Shown in pieces: positions 14,460 through 28,457 of a stretch of DNA of 64,000 bases. Under the pieces are notes generated by a model. That model worked only from the letters and a program-made list of their open reading frames with translations. It searched no databases and was not told the origin of the DNA. Source of the stretch: Octopus sinensis (taxonomy: Eukaryota). Within the stretch, counting starts at the first letter, position 1, and the number at the start of each line of letters is the position of its first letter. The stretch spans positions 109,368,001 to 109,432,000 of the forward strand of contig NC_043000.1 in assembly GCF_006345805.1 (NCBI RefSeq). Direction: 5' to 3'. The position numbers and the translations under genes were made by a program.

Positions 14460-14682
14460 GTATATTTACTATATATATATATATAATGATAAATCTCAGA
14501 GCGAGTTATAAACAGTAGCGGTAACACATCGTGACGCATATTGCCATTTGAATATGGCTAACCCCTAAGGGTGGATGCTACTGTAGTTTGTAGCCCCAGA
14601 GGAGATATCTTCCCGGGGCTACAAACTACAGTAGCATCCACCCTTAGGGGTTAGCCATATTCAAATGGCAAATATGCGTCAC

Positions 14683-14714
<32 letters not shown>

Positions 14715-14728
14715 GTAAATATACTAAC
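14456..14728. repeat. Fold-back (hairpin) element
   Basis: Near-perfect inverted repeat 14531-14682 with arms of ~67 bp. Outer arms GTTAGTATATTTACTATATA / TATATAGTAAATATACTAAC. Confidence 0.9.
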
Positions 14729-14918
14729 AGCAAAATGGCGGTGCCCCAGCATGGCCACAGCTCATAAGCTGAAACTAGAATCAATCAATCAATCAATCAA
14801 CACATGTGCGTATGTATATGCATAATAAAATATGCATTATATATATATATATATATATATGTAATGCGTACTTTATTATGTATATACATATGCACATGCA
14901 TGCATAATTATGCAGGTT

Positions 14919-14956
<38 letters not shown>

Positions 14957-15123
14957 GCGCGCTTACGCACTTCTTCGTATACGTGTGTGTGTGTCAATTT
15001 GTTGATCTTTCAGTCTCATCACCATCCTTGTTACATTTTTTTTTTTGTAACGTGTCCCTGTAATGTCCTCCTTCTCTGATATCGCTCTCACGGCAGGAAA
15101 GGAAAACATGACCGTCATCTTCT

Positions 15124-15163
15124 TCACCACCACCACCACCACCACCACCGTCATTATTATCAC

Positions 15164-15210
<47 letters not shown>

Positions 15211-15228
15211 GTGGTAGTAGTGGTGGTG

Positions 15229-15277
<49 letters not shown>

Positions 15278-15278
15278 A
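15124..15278. repeat. Compound (CCA)n-(TTA)n-(GGT/AGT)n microsatellite
   Basis: Seen directly. Confidence 0.95.
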
Positions 15279-16641
15279 GAGGTTTAGCACAAAGAAGAAA
15301 AAGCTTCAGCGTGCCCAGTGGGTTCATGTAAAAAAAACATCATGGCACACTGAAGCTTTCAATCTGGCTTTTAATGCACGGAAACTGAAACATCAGTCAA
15401 CAGATGATCAAGCGATACTCTTGCTCTTGTTTTGGGTTTTTTTTTGGGTGGGGGGGTTCCACCTTAACCTATTGTTTGACTCTGCGCTTACTTTCGCCCT
15501 CTATTGCCTTCTACGCAACGCTGAATTCATACCTAATATATAATAACTATATGTGAAATATATTTATACGTATGTGTATGTATTTTTCTATGTATGAGTC
15601 CGTGTGTATACATACACACACATATACACCCACTATGTTATTTTGATTGTTAATGCTATGCTTTATGATTGTCGCACACATATGCATACACACACATATA
15701 TAAATATATACATACACACGCATACTTACAAAAATACACAGAAGACCTCACACTGACAAATGCTGCAATGCAGTGAGCTTGACAATCTTCTTTTCAGTAA
15801 ATATTTTCAAAGACGATATTAGTATAAAGTCTGTCAGTTGATACAACTATAATTATTAAAGTAGACAGGCATAGAGACTGGGAAAAGTGCAAGAAGAATG
15901 GACAAATTAGATTGTACAGAGATAACATTGCAATCTGATCCCCCCCACCCCACCTTATATAAACAGCAGTATTCCCGATTTCTTAATTTCTTTCTGTATT
16001 ATCTAATGATTATTACTTCTACTGTTAGATTAGCACTTTCAGCATTTCTCTTTATACCTGCAAAAATCAGAGTCTGTATTTTACGCTTCCACATATATCT
16101 GTGGTAAGTCCCAGTGTTGGGCTCTGACCTATATATTGTGAGGGTGGCTCCCTGTATTTTCAGTCGATCAATCGATCGATTGATAAAATTGAACCATGAA
16201 CTCACTTAAATGTGTATCCGAAACAGTTGCAGGCCTAAAACAAATGAATTCTATTCATTATATATTCGTCTTTTTCTATTCATTCCCCCACCCCACTCCT
16301 TCCCCTTTCTCCCTCCGATCATTATACGTATCCACCCTCTTGACTTTCACCCCCACCCCACGCATTACCCCCCCCCCCCTACTCATCCCGCATACACACT
16401 TTTCATTATATCCTCCCGATATTTTCCTAAAAACAAGGACTGAAAAACGGACAATGTCATAAGCACGCCTTTGATGCAAATCTGAGCAGTCGCCTCCCCA
16501 ATGTCTAAAACCGCAAATATTACAGGGTTTTCTGTTAGAATTTTCGCGTTAACTGGCGTTGCAAAAGGAGATGGTACGGAATCATCTGTAACTATAATTA
16601 AAGAAGCGTTAAAGAATTCTTTCTCTTCTTTTCATTATATG

Positions 16642-16691
<50 letters not shown>

Positions 16692-16914
16692 CAAAAGTAA
16701 GTATACATTAATGTCATAATGCTTAATTCATTAATATTTATTAACACATTAAATTAGCTATCCTGACTTTTGACATTTTCAATGTCATTAATCATAATAA
16801 TACTTTTATCATAACTTATAATTTTGGGGATAAAAATGAATTAATATTGTACGTGTTTTTTTTTTAATTTCATAACTGTATACCTACTTTTGTAATATAT
16901 ATATATAATTACAT

Positions 16915-17002
<88 letters not shown>

Positions 17003-17668
17003 ATTATATATATATATATATATTATATTCACGCATGTCTACATTCCCGCGCTTAGACACACGCACACATCTTTATATACATATATATGTGAATGTACAT
17101 GTGTGTGTGTGACTGAGTGCGTATATGTATATACAGCGAGAATAGAAGGTTGACATATATATATATATATATATATATATGTTTTTGTTTTCCATCGTTG
17201 TACTATTTCTATTTTATTTCTTTATTTTTGTACGTTTGACATGTCATGTACGAGTGCGAGTGTGTGTGAGAGAGAGTTTCGAAGTCCCGCCGAGAGAGAG
17301 AGATAGAGTTGGGCCTCGTTTTGTAGTTCATGCTATGTTGTCCCAGACACAGAGACACAAGTTGAAAAAACAAATACAATCTCGCCACCACCACCACCAC
17401 CACCACCACTTTCCTCCTCCTCCTACTACTACTACTGTATGAAAGACAAAATTCAAATTATAGCAATGGGTATACACACACATACATAAGTACATATATC
17501 TACACATATGCGCACGCGCGCACGTGTGTGTGTATATATATATTTTCTTTTATATACACACGCATCCAATAAGCCATACACTCGACAGTCATTGTCGGCA
17601 TGGACGGTGGTAGGGAAAAATGCACCCGATACAACAACAACAACAGTAGTAGTAGTAGTAGTAGTAGT

Positions 17669-17703
<35 letters not shown>

Positions 17704-18363
17704 TGAGAGAACGAAAACGCTCCTTCAAATGACATCCATATATACGTAGATAAAGAACTTTGTTAGGTTTCTCGCTTCTGTGGGTTTTTTCTTAAGAAAC
17801 GATTTTATTGTCATAGAAAAGAAAAAGAAAAGTTAAAAATGAGAGTTCGGCTAGATACATCCGGTGTCATATAGAGAAATTGTATGTGGTCAGCTAACGA
17901 ACTCGCTAGAAACAGCAGTTAAATTTCTCTCATACCACTTGTGAGGTTGTGCAAGATGGGATGTCCGAACTTGCTGAAAATCCTATTCGCTATTTTAACT
18001 TAACTATTTTTAACTTTTTTTTTCTATACACACATACATACACATGTATGTATATATATATATGTGTGTGTGTGTGTGTATGTGTATATATACATATTTT
18101 ATATATTGTATATATCATATATAACTGTGTGCGTGTGTGTTCGATATAATTCGGGCAAAAACCTCGTAACGTGCAATGGGCTGTGGTTCCCCACATATGA
18201 CTAAAAGACTTCGCCAGGTGGTACTATTTAGATATGGCCTGGGCCTATACTGGCCGAAACCTATCAAAGTTATAAACTCAGGAACTTAACGCTGGTCTGC
18301 GATGCATAAACAAATGTTGTCATCGATTATTAAAGCCTGATATCCACATATCCATTCTCTTGT

Positions 18364-18452
<89 letters not shown>

Positions 18453-18460
18453 GATTGATC

Positions 18461-18512
<52 letters not shown>

Positions 18513-18515
18513 GTC
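18364..18515. repeat. (TCTA)n microsatellite
   Basis: Seen directly. Confidence 0.95.
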
Positions 18516-18785
18516 TGTCTCTCTGTCTATTTTCACGTCCCCTTTTCTATCCAGCCAGAAGGCTGAAGTTGGCTCTGGGTAGCATTTAAACATTGATCCC
18601 CTCTCTGTACCTTCACACACTTGTGCATATGCACGTGTAAACCTATGCATGAGCATGTATGTGTGCACTATTTCCATCGTCAGATTAAACATTTCAACCC
18701 TTTTCTTCCCGTCCCAAATCTTTTCCATAAGTTCGTGCTAAACCTCGATACTTTTTTTCCTTTCAGACTTTTAGTAAACCCTTGT

Positions 18786-19118
18786 TACTCTTTACTCTTT
18801 TACTTGTTTCAGTCATTTGACTGCGGCCATGCTGGAGCACCGCCTTTAATCGAGCAACTCGACGCCAGGACTTATTCTTTGTAAGCCCAGTACTTATTCT
18901 ATCGGTCTCTTTTGCCGAGCCGCTAAGTAACGGGGACATAAACACACCAGCAACGGTTGTCAAGCAATGCTAGGGGGACAAACACAGACACACAAACATA
19001 CACGCACACACACATATACATATATATAAATATATACGACAGGCTTCTTTCAGTTTCCATCTACCAAATCCACTCACAAGGCTTTGGTCGGCCCGAGGCT
19101 ATAGTAGAAGACACTTGC
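18786..19118 (-). mobile_element. SINE family A lacking its head (left member of a head-to-head pair)
   Basis: Reverse complement of the 545-944 body. Stops at GACACTTGC. Confidence 0.9.
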
Positions 19119-19475
19119 TTACCAACCACATGGTTCCGGGTTCAGTCCCACTGCGTGGCATCTTGGGCAAGTATCTTCTACTATAGCCTCGGGCTGACCA
19201 AAGCCTTGTGAGTGGATTTGATAGACGGAAACTGAAAGAAGCCCGTCGTATATATGTATGTGTATATGTGTCTGTGTTTGTCCCCCTAGCATAGCTTGAC
19301 AACCGAAGCTGGTGTGTTTATGTCCTCCGTAACTTAGCGGTTTGGCAAAAGAGACCGATAGAATAAGTACTAGGCTTACAAAGAATAAGTCCCGGGGTCG
19401 ATTTGCTCGACTAAAGGCGGTGCTCCAGTATGGCCGCAGTCAAATGACTGAAACAAGTAAAAGAGTAAAAGAGTA
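19114..19475 (+). mobile_element. SINE family A lacking the A-box region (right member of the pair)
   Basis: Starts CTTGCTTACCAACCACATGGTTCCGGGTTCAGTCCC and ends AAAAGAGTAAAAGAGTA. Confidence 0.9.
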
Positions 19476-19763
19476 AGGTAAATAATGTTCCTATAGAGGA
19501 AAATTGAGGAAAGTAATTAGCTGGATAAAATAACTACAACAGCTGGAACTCTCTAATTTAATTTGCATAATTTGCTTATTTAAAAAGAATTCATGATCAA
19601 AACATATTCATGGGAATACATCGATATTTAGCGGCTCTCTTTGTCTTTCTTCGCCATTGTCGCTTTGAATGTGTGTATGTGTGTGTGGGGGGGGGCACTT
19701 AGTATATATATGTTGTGTCGCGTATTTGTGTACCTATGTATAACACACACACACACACCACAC

Positions 19764-19816
<53 letters not shown>

Positions 19817-20086
19817 TACATACGTATATATTATATATATATTATATATATATATATATTATATATACGTGTGTGTGTGTGTGCATAATACATATACATG
19901 CATAGCACTCACGCACACACACTTAATAGTGTGTAATTAATAGTCTCTTGCAACAGACTGACTCCATTAAAATAAAATATTAAACTATTATAACTTGTAC
20001 ACTTTTTATTAAAATATTTTTTATTAAAATATTAACTATTATAACTTGTACACTTTTTTCCAAACCTCCACGCTAACAGGGGGAGA

Positions 20087-20117
<31 letters not shown>

Positions 20118-20238
20118 ATATATAAATATAGACAAATATATAAACTGATAAAGAATGTGTATGCATATATATATATATATTATATATATATAGAGATAGA
20201 GAGAGAGAGAGGAGAGAGAAAGAGAGAGAGAGAGAGAG

Positions 20239-20276
<38 letters not shown>

Positions 20277-21290
20277 GATAGGGTAGGTAGATAGATAGAT
20301 ATAAATATAAATCAAAGGTAGGACAGAAAAAAAAACAGAAAACAACATATATATATATATGTGTGTGTGTATATACATGTATGTGTGTGTGCAATGAAAT
20401 GGCGTATTTCAAAGACCATCTTTTACTTTTCTTTCCTACGCATTCTTATTATTTTATACAACATTTCAACTTTGATGTTCGCCTTCCAACTCTTCTTTTA
20501 TAGCTCGTTCGTCCTGTAGCGAAATACCGGATCTGTTGCTCTCACAACTAAACCACATCACGCGCAGACGATAATGTCACCACCCTCCTTCCTCTTCCAC
20601 CTACTCAGCGTCCAACAGATGCGACTGATGTAGGATGCTAGAGGCTGAGAGAAGCTGGCTGCTTGTTTGAGGGGATAATGTGCGCATACACTGCCTAAGA
20701 AGTAGATCTCACGCTCATAGACTGGCGTATCTTATTTACTTGCCGATATTTATACGTGTGTGAGCAAGACGGTTTGGAAAGCGCTTTACCACGAAAGTCC
20801 AGGCTCCTGAGTAACTTGTACAATCGTCGTCTCATATAACATACGTTCGCGTAAATGCATATATACATACATCTATATATATATATATATATATATATCT
20901 GTGTGTGTACATGTATACATATTATACATGTATTTATATATACATTTCCTATATACACATATATCTTATACAACATATTTCTTAAAAATTGTCTTCTCGT
21001 GTTGCCTTCTTTTTTGTGGTCATTGCCTTATACAAACGCACACACACACATGTGTGTGTGTATAAAGTTTGTCGGCCTGTCTCTTTTCTCTGTATATAAT
21101 ATATACACAATACATACAGAAATACACAGCATACACTCAAATATATATACGAGTGTGTGTGTAAATATATAAGATGATCTGGTTCTTGACTGATGACTGA
21201 GGGCTTCGAATGTCCCGTCCTGTGGTTCTTGTGTCGTCTCTGTGGTGTTTCATGTTCTTGTCCATGTCTGTTAATTATTTTTACGTTTAC

Positions 21291-21329
<39 letters not shown>

Positions 21330-21537
21330 AGGTTTGGAGATGATGTACAGGTATTATATATTAGAAGAAATGAGGTACTCAGAAAATCGGATGGTTTATA
21401 TTTACAGATATTTATTTGTATATTACATGTTTTATATATATCTCATATCACTTATATCATATATATCATATCACTTAGATCGTTAGCGCTTTCTCCCATT
21501 CTAGTGGGGTTTTCAAATCAAACTAAGTTCCTGTGTG

Positions 21538-21569
<32 letters not shown>

Positions 21570-21606
21570 ATTTTATTATTAAAACTGAAAAAAAAACTTC
21601 TCAAAC

Positions 21607-21648
21607 AACTGCTACTCAGAGTTTTACGTTCTCGTTCGTCGGACAGTT
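21607..21648 (-). ncRNA. Minimal type I hammerhead-like motif, variant core (U4C, G12A)
   Basis: Minus strand AACTGT-CCGACGA-ACG agaa CGT-AAAA-CTC t GAG-TA-GCAGTT. Helices I, II and III pair. Same family as 31991-32082. Confidence 0.55.
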
Positions 21649-22616
21649 GTGATTTAGAATCACATTAACACATGTCCTAGTGTGTGTATATTTTAATGTG
21701 TACACACACATAGGAATTTAAAATTATCTTATAAATATTAAAACAAACTAGTAATTTCCACCACCAACCTCACTGCCGCCACCACCATCGCAGCTTTCAT
21801 TGTGGCAACCACCACCACCACCACCGCCGACGCCATCATTATGACTACTGTCACCGCCATGATAAGCACAGGTCTCTACCACCGCCTCACCAACTACGTA
21901 CCCGCCCTTTCTTTTCTTTTATCTGGGTACATCCTGACCTCCCTCACCTCTTTCCTCTCCCTCATCTCATCCGACTCAAATACAAAGATTAGGTACATAA
22001 TACACTCACACACACACACACACACATACGCAACTATATAATATATATATATATGCACATATATATATATATGTATGTATGTATATGTAATATAAATGTA
22101 TCGCTTCTAAATTGATTTTGCTTGCGTGCGCGTGCGCGTGTGTGTATGAGAAAAACGTTAGAGGAACACATATCTATTTATATAGCCTCACTCATACATT
22201 CATGCTTTGCATATATGCGCATCTAAGCGCCTGGGCGTGTGCGAGTGCCTCTGGTTGTCTATGTGTGTTTGTCTATGTGTATTACTTTCCTAACACAACA
22301 AATCGCTAAGGATAGTGGCGGGGCGAGGGCGGAGCGGGGGTAGGGGGGGTCAGAATGGAGAGAAGTGGCAGTGTGAGTTGGGAGGAGGTAGTAACGGGAC
22401 GAGAGGGCGAGGTGCCGCCGCAGCCCCCCTCCCCTCCCCCCCCCCTTCCGCACTCCCTCGGCAGATTTACTGAATTACAATGGGGGTTGTGCACTGAATG
22501 GATCTGGTGCTCGGTAGCCGAGAGACTGAGCGAGATAGGTTTCAAGATAAAGGAAGGGAGCGACTCGGAGATCAGCAAGGACGGGGAGGCGGGGCGGGCG
22601 AATAGAAAAGCCATCG

Positions 22617-22655
<39 letters not shown>

Positions 22656-22694
22656 CATACATACATACATACGTATTTGTATATTATATATATA

Positions 22695-22734
<40 letters not shown>

Positions 22735-22878
22735 CAACAGGGACGAGAAGAGCAGAAGTCGAAGAAAATAGATAGATATGTAAAAGACTGTAACGTGAAA
22801 GTTAAAACGTTATAAATAAAATTAAAGATGTGACGTTGTGACAGAGATGCCGTTTCGATTTCGGCTGCCTTCTATATA

Positions 22879-22916
<38 letters not shown>

Positions 22917-23028
22917 TGTGTGTATGTTTGTGTGTGTATGTTTGTGTGTGTATGCATGTGACACTGTATGGCGTAAGTATATTTATGGGTATTGTTACTT
23001 AGCTTGTGTATATTCATGCTCAACATAC

Positions 23029-23059
<31 letters not shown>

Positions 23060-24154
23060 CATACAGTTACTTATTTCTGTATGTATGCACACGAGCAGGA
23101 GCATACACATACATATAATAAACACAGATATACATGTGCGTGTAGAGAGAGAGAGAGAAAGAAAGAAAGAGAAAGAGAGAATATTTTATTTAAACTTAGT
23201 ATATACAATTGAAACCGTTGGTAGGAGAAATAAGTTGTCAACAGTCACAGATTAGATAACAGAGATATGTGTGTGCGCGCGTACGTGCGCCTCTATGTGT
23301 GTGCATGTGTGTGTTTGAGTGTGTGTGTGTGTGTGTGGTGTGTGTGTGTGTGTGCGTATGTATAAGTCGTTGTAAAGATAAGAAAGAAGGCCTCGACCCT
23401 TCTATTATGAGTGTATTTAAAGATAAACGTTTGGCTTACATTATGTTTTGATACAAACAAGTTTACCATAATAACTGTCAGTTTCCTCGATAGAAACTTC
23501 ACAAGAAGCTGTCTTACTTACGAGACAGTCCTTGATTTTGTAGATGGTCTGTGGATGGGGAAAAAATTGTGTGGGGGAGGGTACCTATAAACGTTTACAA
23601 GCAACCGAACTATGTAGAGGACGGTTGTGATAGTGATGGTGGGGCCAAAGTTATTGAGACAATTTCAACAAAAATGACCTCAGAGAAATAACCCTGTGTG
23701 GCTAGTGGCATACATACGACACAGACAAACACAGGTATATCAAAGACCATACTACATAAAGTATTGATTTATTAAAATTATTCCACCTTTAAGAGATGTG
23801 TCAAAATTAGTAAATGTAAGTTAAGACCAGACCTACTCGGGAGAGGGAAATAACCTCAAGAATCATGAAGTCTCCACAGAAGTCATGCCATTCAAGAAAA
23901 GGAGAGGTTTATTGTCTGAATATAAATGAACAATTGAGGACGTGTTTTTGGCTCAGTTGTTAAGTGTCTTCCTTATCTGCAGTAGCCAAAGGACTTCTGC
24001 TTATACAAACAAGAGAACAGATTTATAGCCTCACAAGATTTAAACAAAATGAGATAAGTGAAATAACACAAAGTCACCTGTGGCCTGTATTTGAACAGCA
24101 TAGATACATACAGGTATATCGAATACCGTACAAAACATACACACACACACATAT

Positions 24155-24375
24155 ATTCTTTTATTCGTTTACTTGTTTCAGTCATTCGACTGCGACCTTG
24201 CTGGAGCTCCGCCTTAAAGGGTGTTAGTCGAAGAAATCGACCCAAGGACTTATTTTTTGTAAGCCTAGACCTTATTTTATCGGTCCCTTATCACGAACCG
24301 CTAAGTTACTGGGACATAAACACACCAACGTCAGTTGTCACGTGATGACGGGAGGGCAAACACAGACACACAAAT
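24155..24375 (-). mobile_element. SINE family A 3' half
   Basis: TACTTGTTTCAGTCATTCGACTGCG...GCTAAGTTACTGGGACATAAACACACC. Confidence 0.85.
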
Positions 24376-24382
24376 ACATGTA

Positions 24383-24509
<127 letters not shown>

Positions 24510-25837
24510 TACATTTTTATTAAATGTCACTTGGAACTCACTTCCAGAGCCATAACTGCAAGAGATGCAATTATAAATAAGAAGAAAGATTGATAAAAAG
24601 GTTTACTCTTATTTACTTATTTATCTCCATTACTAGAGATCAAGCTCTGATACCCACCCCCACCCCCCGTGCAGAGATAACAAATGTGAATATAAAGAGC
24701 CAAGTGGAGACAACTATGAAAAAAAAACATTTCGATGGATCCCCAAGTTTTCCATAAAGTCTTGAAATATTTAGAGAAAATGAGAACAGTTGTGACATTG
24801 GTGCCTTTCTTTTCATTAGCTAAAATAATCATTTTTTTAAAAACCGCTTTTCTGAAGGGAATTAAATATTTTCATCATAGACACATCACTTTGACAGTGG
24901 CGTGTAAACGAATCGCCGTCCGGTTGCTGCTTGACCCTTGCGATTTTACTATTTACCTTAATAAGGCCTTAATCTATAGAACATTTTATTCTCAATCGCC
25001 TGGATTATTGCTCCGAAACCTGACCGCCATAAAGCATCAAATCCACTGCACAAAGATTGACTCAGTACGACAGATGAGTTACAGGTAGTGGCTAAAAGGG
25101 GTGAAACTCTACTCTCCCGAGAGAAGACGCGAAAGATGTGTGTGTGTGTGTGTTGTGTGTGTGTGTGTGCGTGTGTGTGTGTGTAAGATCCTGGAATGTC
25201 TAAGTTCATAACTCTCGAATTGAAAGCTGATGCCATTCACTGGGCTGGGCGCCACTGCGCAGTTCGAAGGTTCCCAAGGTCACGGTGAAGAGTAAGGACT
25301 CAATACTGTAACTGCTTAGGCTTCAAAGGCCCGCAACTTTTCTTTACTTTGCTAAAAGGCCTCAGAGACTTACGAGATGTAGATGTGGACGTGTTCAAAG
25401 AATAATTAGAACATGTTTTATCTGGTATACGAAATGAAATCATATCAAGGCAAGAAACGCTAGGTCCAACTCACTATATCACCAGGACTGCATCTGGAGA
25501 CAATACTAGAAAATGAGTTTAAAATAAGCATTAACGCTAATGGTGGTGCCTCGGCATGGCCATAGCCGATGAGTGAATGGAACTGATAATAGATTAATAG
25601 AATATGTTTACTGCCATATGCCGATCCCTTTAGTTCTGAAATGTCTTCAACCGAATGGAGAGAACCCGACATAGCTTCACCAGAGCGAATGAAACCGCGA
25701 CACGGTCCCTGCTTTCCGAACTGTTGCTACTTTCTTAATGACATCCGTAAAAGAACAACACAAACCTTATTGGAAGAGAAGATACCTGCATGCAGAGATG
25801 TCAATAATTACGCTGGAAGAAATCTCTTATTAGCATA

Positions 25838-26200
25838 GGGGCTGCCGTGGTTGTTTGCTTAAGAGGCTCGCTTCGCAACCATGTGGTTTCGGGTTCAGCC
25901 CCACTGTGTGGCACCTTATATAAATGCCTTCTATAACCTTGAACTGGCCAATACCATTTGAGTGACTGTGATAGACGGAAACTACAAGGAAGCCCATTGT
26001 ATATATTTATATTTGTGTTTGTGTTTGTCTCCCACCATCGTCCATGTAGGTTTTTTTTACGTTCCCGCAACCTAGCGTGTCAAGAAAAGAGATCGACAGA
26101 ATAAGTACGAAACTTAAAAGCAAGTACTAGAGTTGGTTAGTTTGCCTAAACCCTTCAAGGCGGTGCCTCAGCATGGCCGCGATCCTCTGAATAAAAGAGG
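25838..26200 (+). mobile_element. Diverged SINE, family A-like
   Basis: GGTTTCGGGTTCAGCCCCACTGTGTGGCACC head, GACGGAAACT..GGAAGCCC middle and AAGGCGGTGCCTCAGCATGGCCGC tail. Confidence 0.75.
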
Positions 26201-26539
26201 GAAACGATAAAGATCAGTTTTTATTTCTTGATTGGTGAAGTGAAGTGCGCTTTTACTCTTTCTTGGAGATGCACAGGTAGACAGACAGACAGACAGGCTC
26301 AGAAAGCGACGAACAGACAGAGATTGGTAGAGAGAAAAAATGAAGATGGTAAAATGTAAAGAATGGTGTCGAGCAAAAGATAATCTCCCAGTGAGACTGA
26401 GCAGGAACGCTGTTTCAATTCTGAGACATAATTTAATTCACAGCAACACCATTTTTAAGTGTTAAGAACACCGTTGAGAAAAGCTATAAAAATCACTGCA
26501 TCGCATTATTCACCCGAGTGCATCACCATATATGTCTAT

Positions 26540-26577
26540 CCGTCCATCCATCCATCCATCCATCCATTCATCCATCC

Positions 26578-26619
<42 letters not shown>

Positions 26620-26620
26620 C

Positions 26621-26664
<44 letters not shown>

Positions 26665-26915
26665 GTCTGTCTGTCTGTCTTTCTATCTTTCTGTCTCTGT
26701 TTCTCTCTCTCTCTCTGTCTATCTATCTGTCTGTCTGTCTGTCTGTCTTTCTATCTTTCTGTCTCTGTTTCTCTCTCTCTCTCTGTCTATCTATCTATCT
26801 GTCTGTCTGTCTATCTATCTACCTTTCTATCTACCTTTCTATTTATCTGTTTGTCTATCTATCTACCTATGTATGTACGTATGTATCTATCTATCTGTAT
26901 GTCTATCTATCTATC
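26540..26915. repeat. (TCCA)/(TCTA)/(TCTG)n compound array
   Basis: Seen directly. Confidence 0.95.
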
Positions 26916-27107
26916 TTGTTTGACGCTGTGACCCTTCTCCCCAATCATATGAATGCCATCGATTCAATTGACGATGTCCTTTGCTTCTGCAAATATTTTT
27001 ATATTTATAGAAGTGAAATTGTTCCTATTATCAAGATTTCATTTTCTTATTCACCCAACTGGTTTAAACCAGATTGGGTATCCATTCTGTTTGCCAGGGT
27101 GGTAGTG

Positions 27108-27138
<31 letters not shown>

Positions 27139-27242
27139 CGGAGACGGTTGCATTAGTAATAATGATGGCGATTGTAGTGGTTGGTTGTTGACGATGATAA
27201 TACTGACAAAGACGATAACGATTATGATGATAACGATGGTGG

Positions 27243-27303
<61 letters not shown>

Positions 27304-27944
27304 ATTTAGAGCAGAAAGTTAGTAATAAATGATATTTCACTGGACTGGAATATATTTTTACATAAAGAGATTTACGGTCATGGAAGAAGTAGTTTGAGCT
27401 GTCAAGATGGCCGACTTACTCTATTGAACACAATAAAAAAGTAAAAAAGGCGCCGAAATTATTTACATAAATATTTCTTTGCTCCCGTTTTTCCAAACAG
27501 CGAAGATGAGGAATTTCATTCAAAACTTTTGTATTTGGTTTACTTCTTTTTATTTCGAGATTTCTTTTTTGTTTTTTATTTCTTTTGAATTACTTGTTAA
27601 CTGATTTGCAATTTGGAATAAGTAAAAAATAAATCGAAAATCAGGTTTTAAAAGATGATTTCAGACGAAATTTTCATTTACATACACACATTCACGCACA
27701 CACAGACCCCCCCCCACACACACACACGTATATATGCATATATATATGCACACGTATATATATATATGCATATGTATATAGCAGATTATGAAAAAGCTGA
27801 TGTGTGTTAGGTTTACACTCGGGTAAATTCCAAGAAATCTTTTACGTTTCGAGCATTCGCTCTTCCACAGAACAGATGAGCAAAGAAACAAAAAATGGCG
27901 GGAAAAAAGAAGAAACGTGTCTCAATTTGACTGTTGCCGCATAT

Positions 27945-28075
27945 ATACGACGGGTTTCTACACAGTTTCCGTCTGCCAAATCCTTTCACAAGGTAGTGGC
28001 CAGCTCGGGGTCATAGTAGAAGGCACATGCTGAAGGTATCACGCTCTGGGACTGGAGCCGAAACCACGCAAAGGG
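27945..28075 (-). mobile_element. Degenerate SINE family A 5' half
   Basis: TACGACGGGTTTCTACACAGTTTCCGTCTGCCAAATCC...GGGACTGGAGCCGAAACCAC. Confidence 0.7.
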
Positions 28076-28422
28076 CCATGACTGGTTCTTCAGCAAAGAG
28101 CTGTCAGAACGCTTATGCTTGGTTTCAGTGACTGCATCGACAATGGGGCATGTTGAACCACCCCCCTACTATGTCAGTCTGGTCCGTATTTTATCGATCA
28201 CTTTTTATTGAAGTGTTATGTTAGCTTTTCATAGAAATGTGTGTACCTGTGTAAGTGTGTTTATTTTTATATCGAGTTATAATAAAAATAATTTCACATT
28301 AAGACTGAAGAATTAATACATTTTGTACATATTCATAATGCTTTTACAAAAGCAGAGGTGGCATACACGCGCGTGAGAGAGAGAAGGAAAGAGAGGGAGA
28401 AAGGGGAAAGAGAAAGGGAGAA

Positions 28423-28457
<35 letters not shown>

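Noticed and set aside
18226-18266. GGCC...GGCC-GAAAC stem resembling an HHR helix II
   Set aside because: No CUGANGA core, helix I or cleavage triplet. At most a very decayed PLE end.
21190-21220. CTGATGA...GAA motif
   Set aside because: Helix II and helix I do not pair and GAAA is incomplete.
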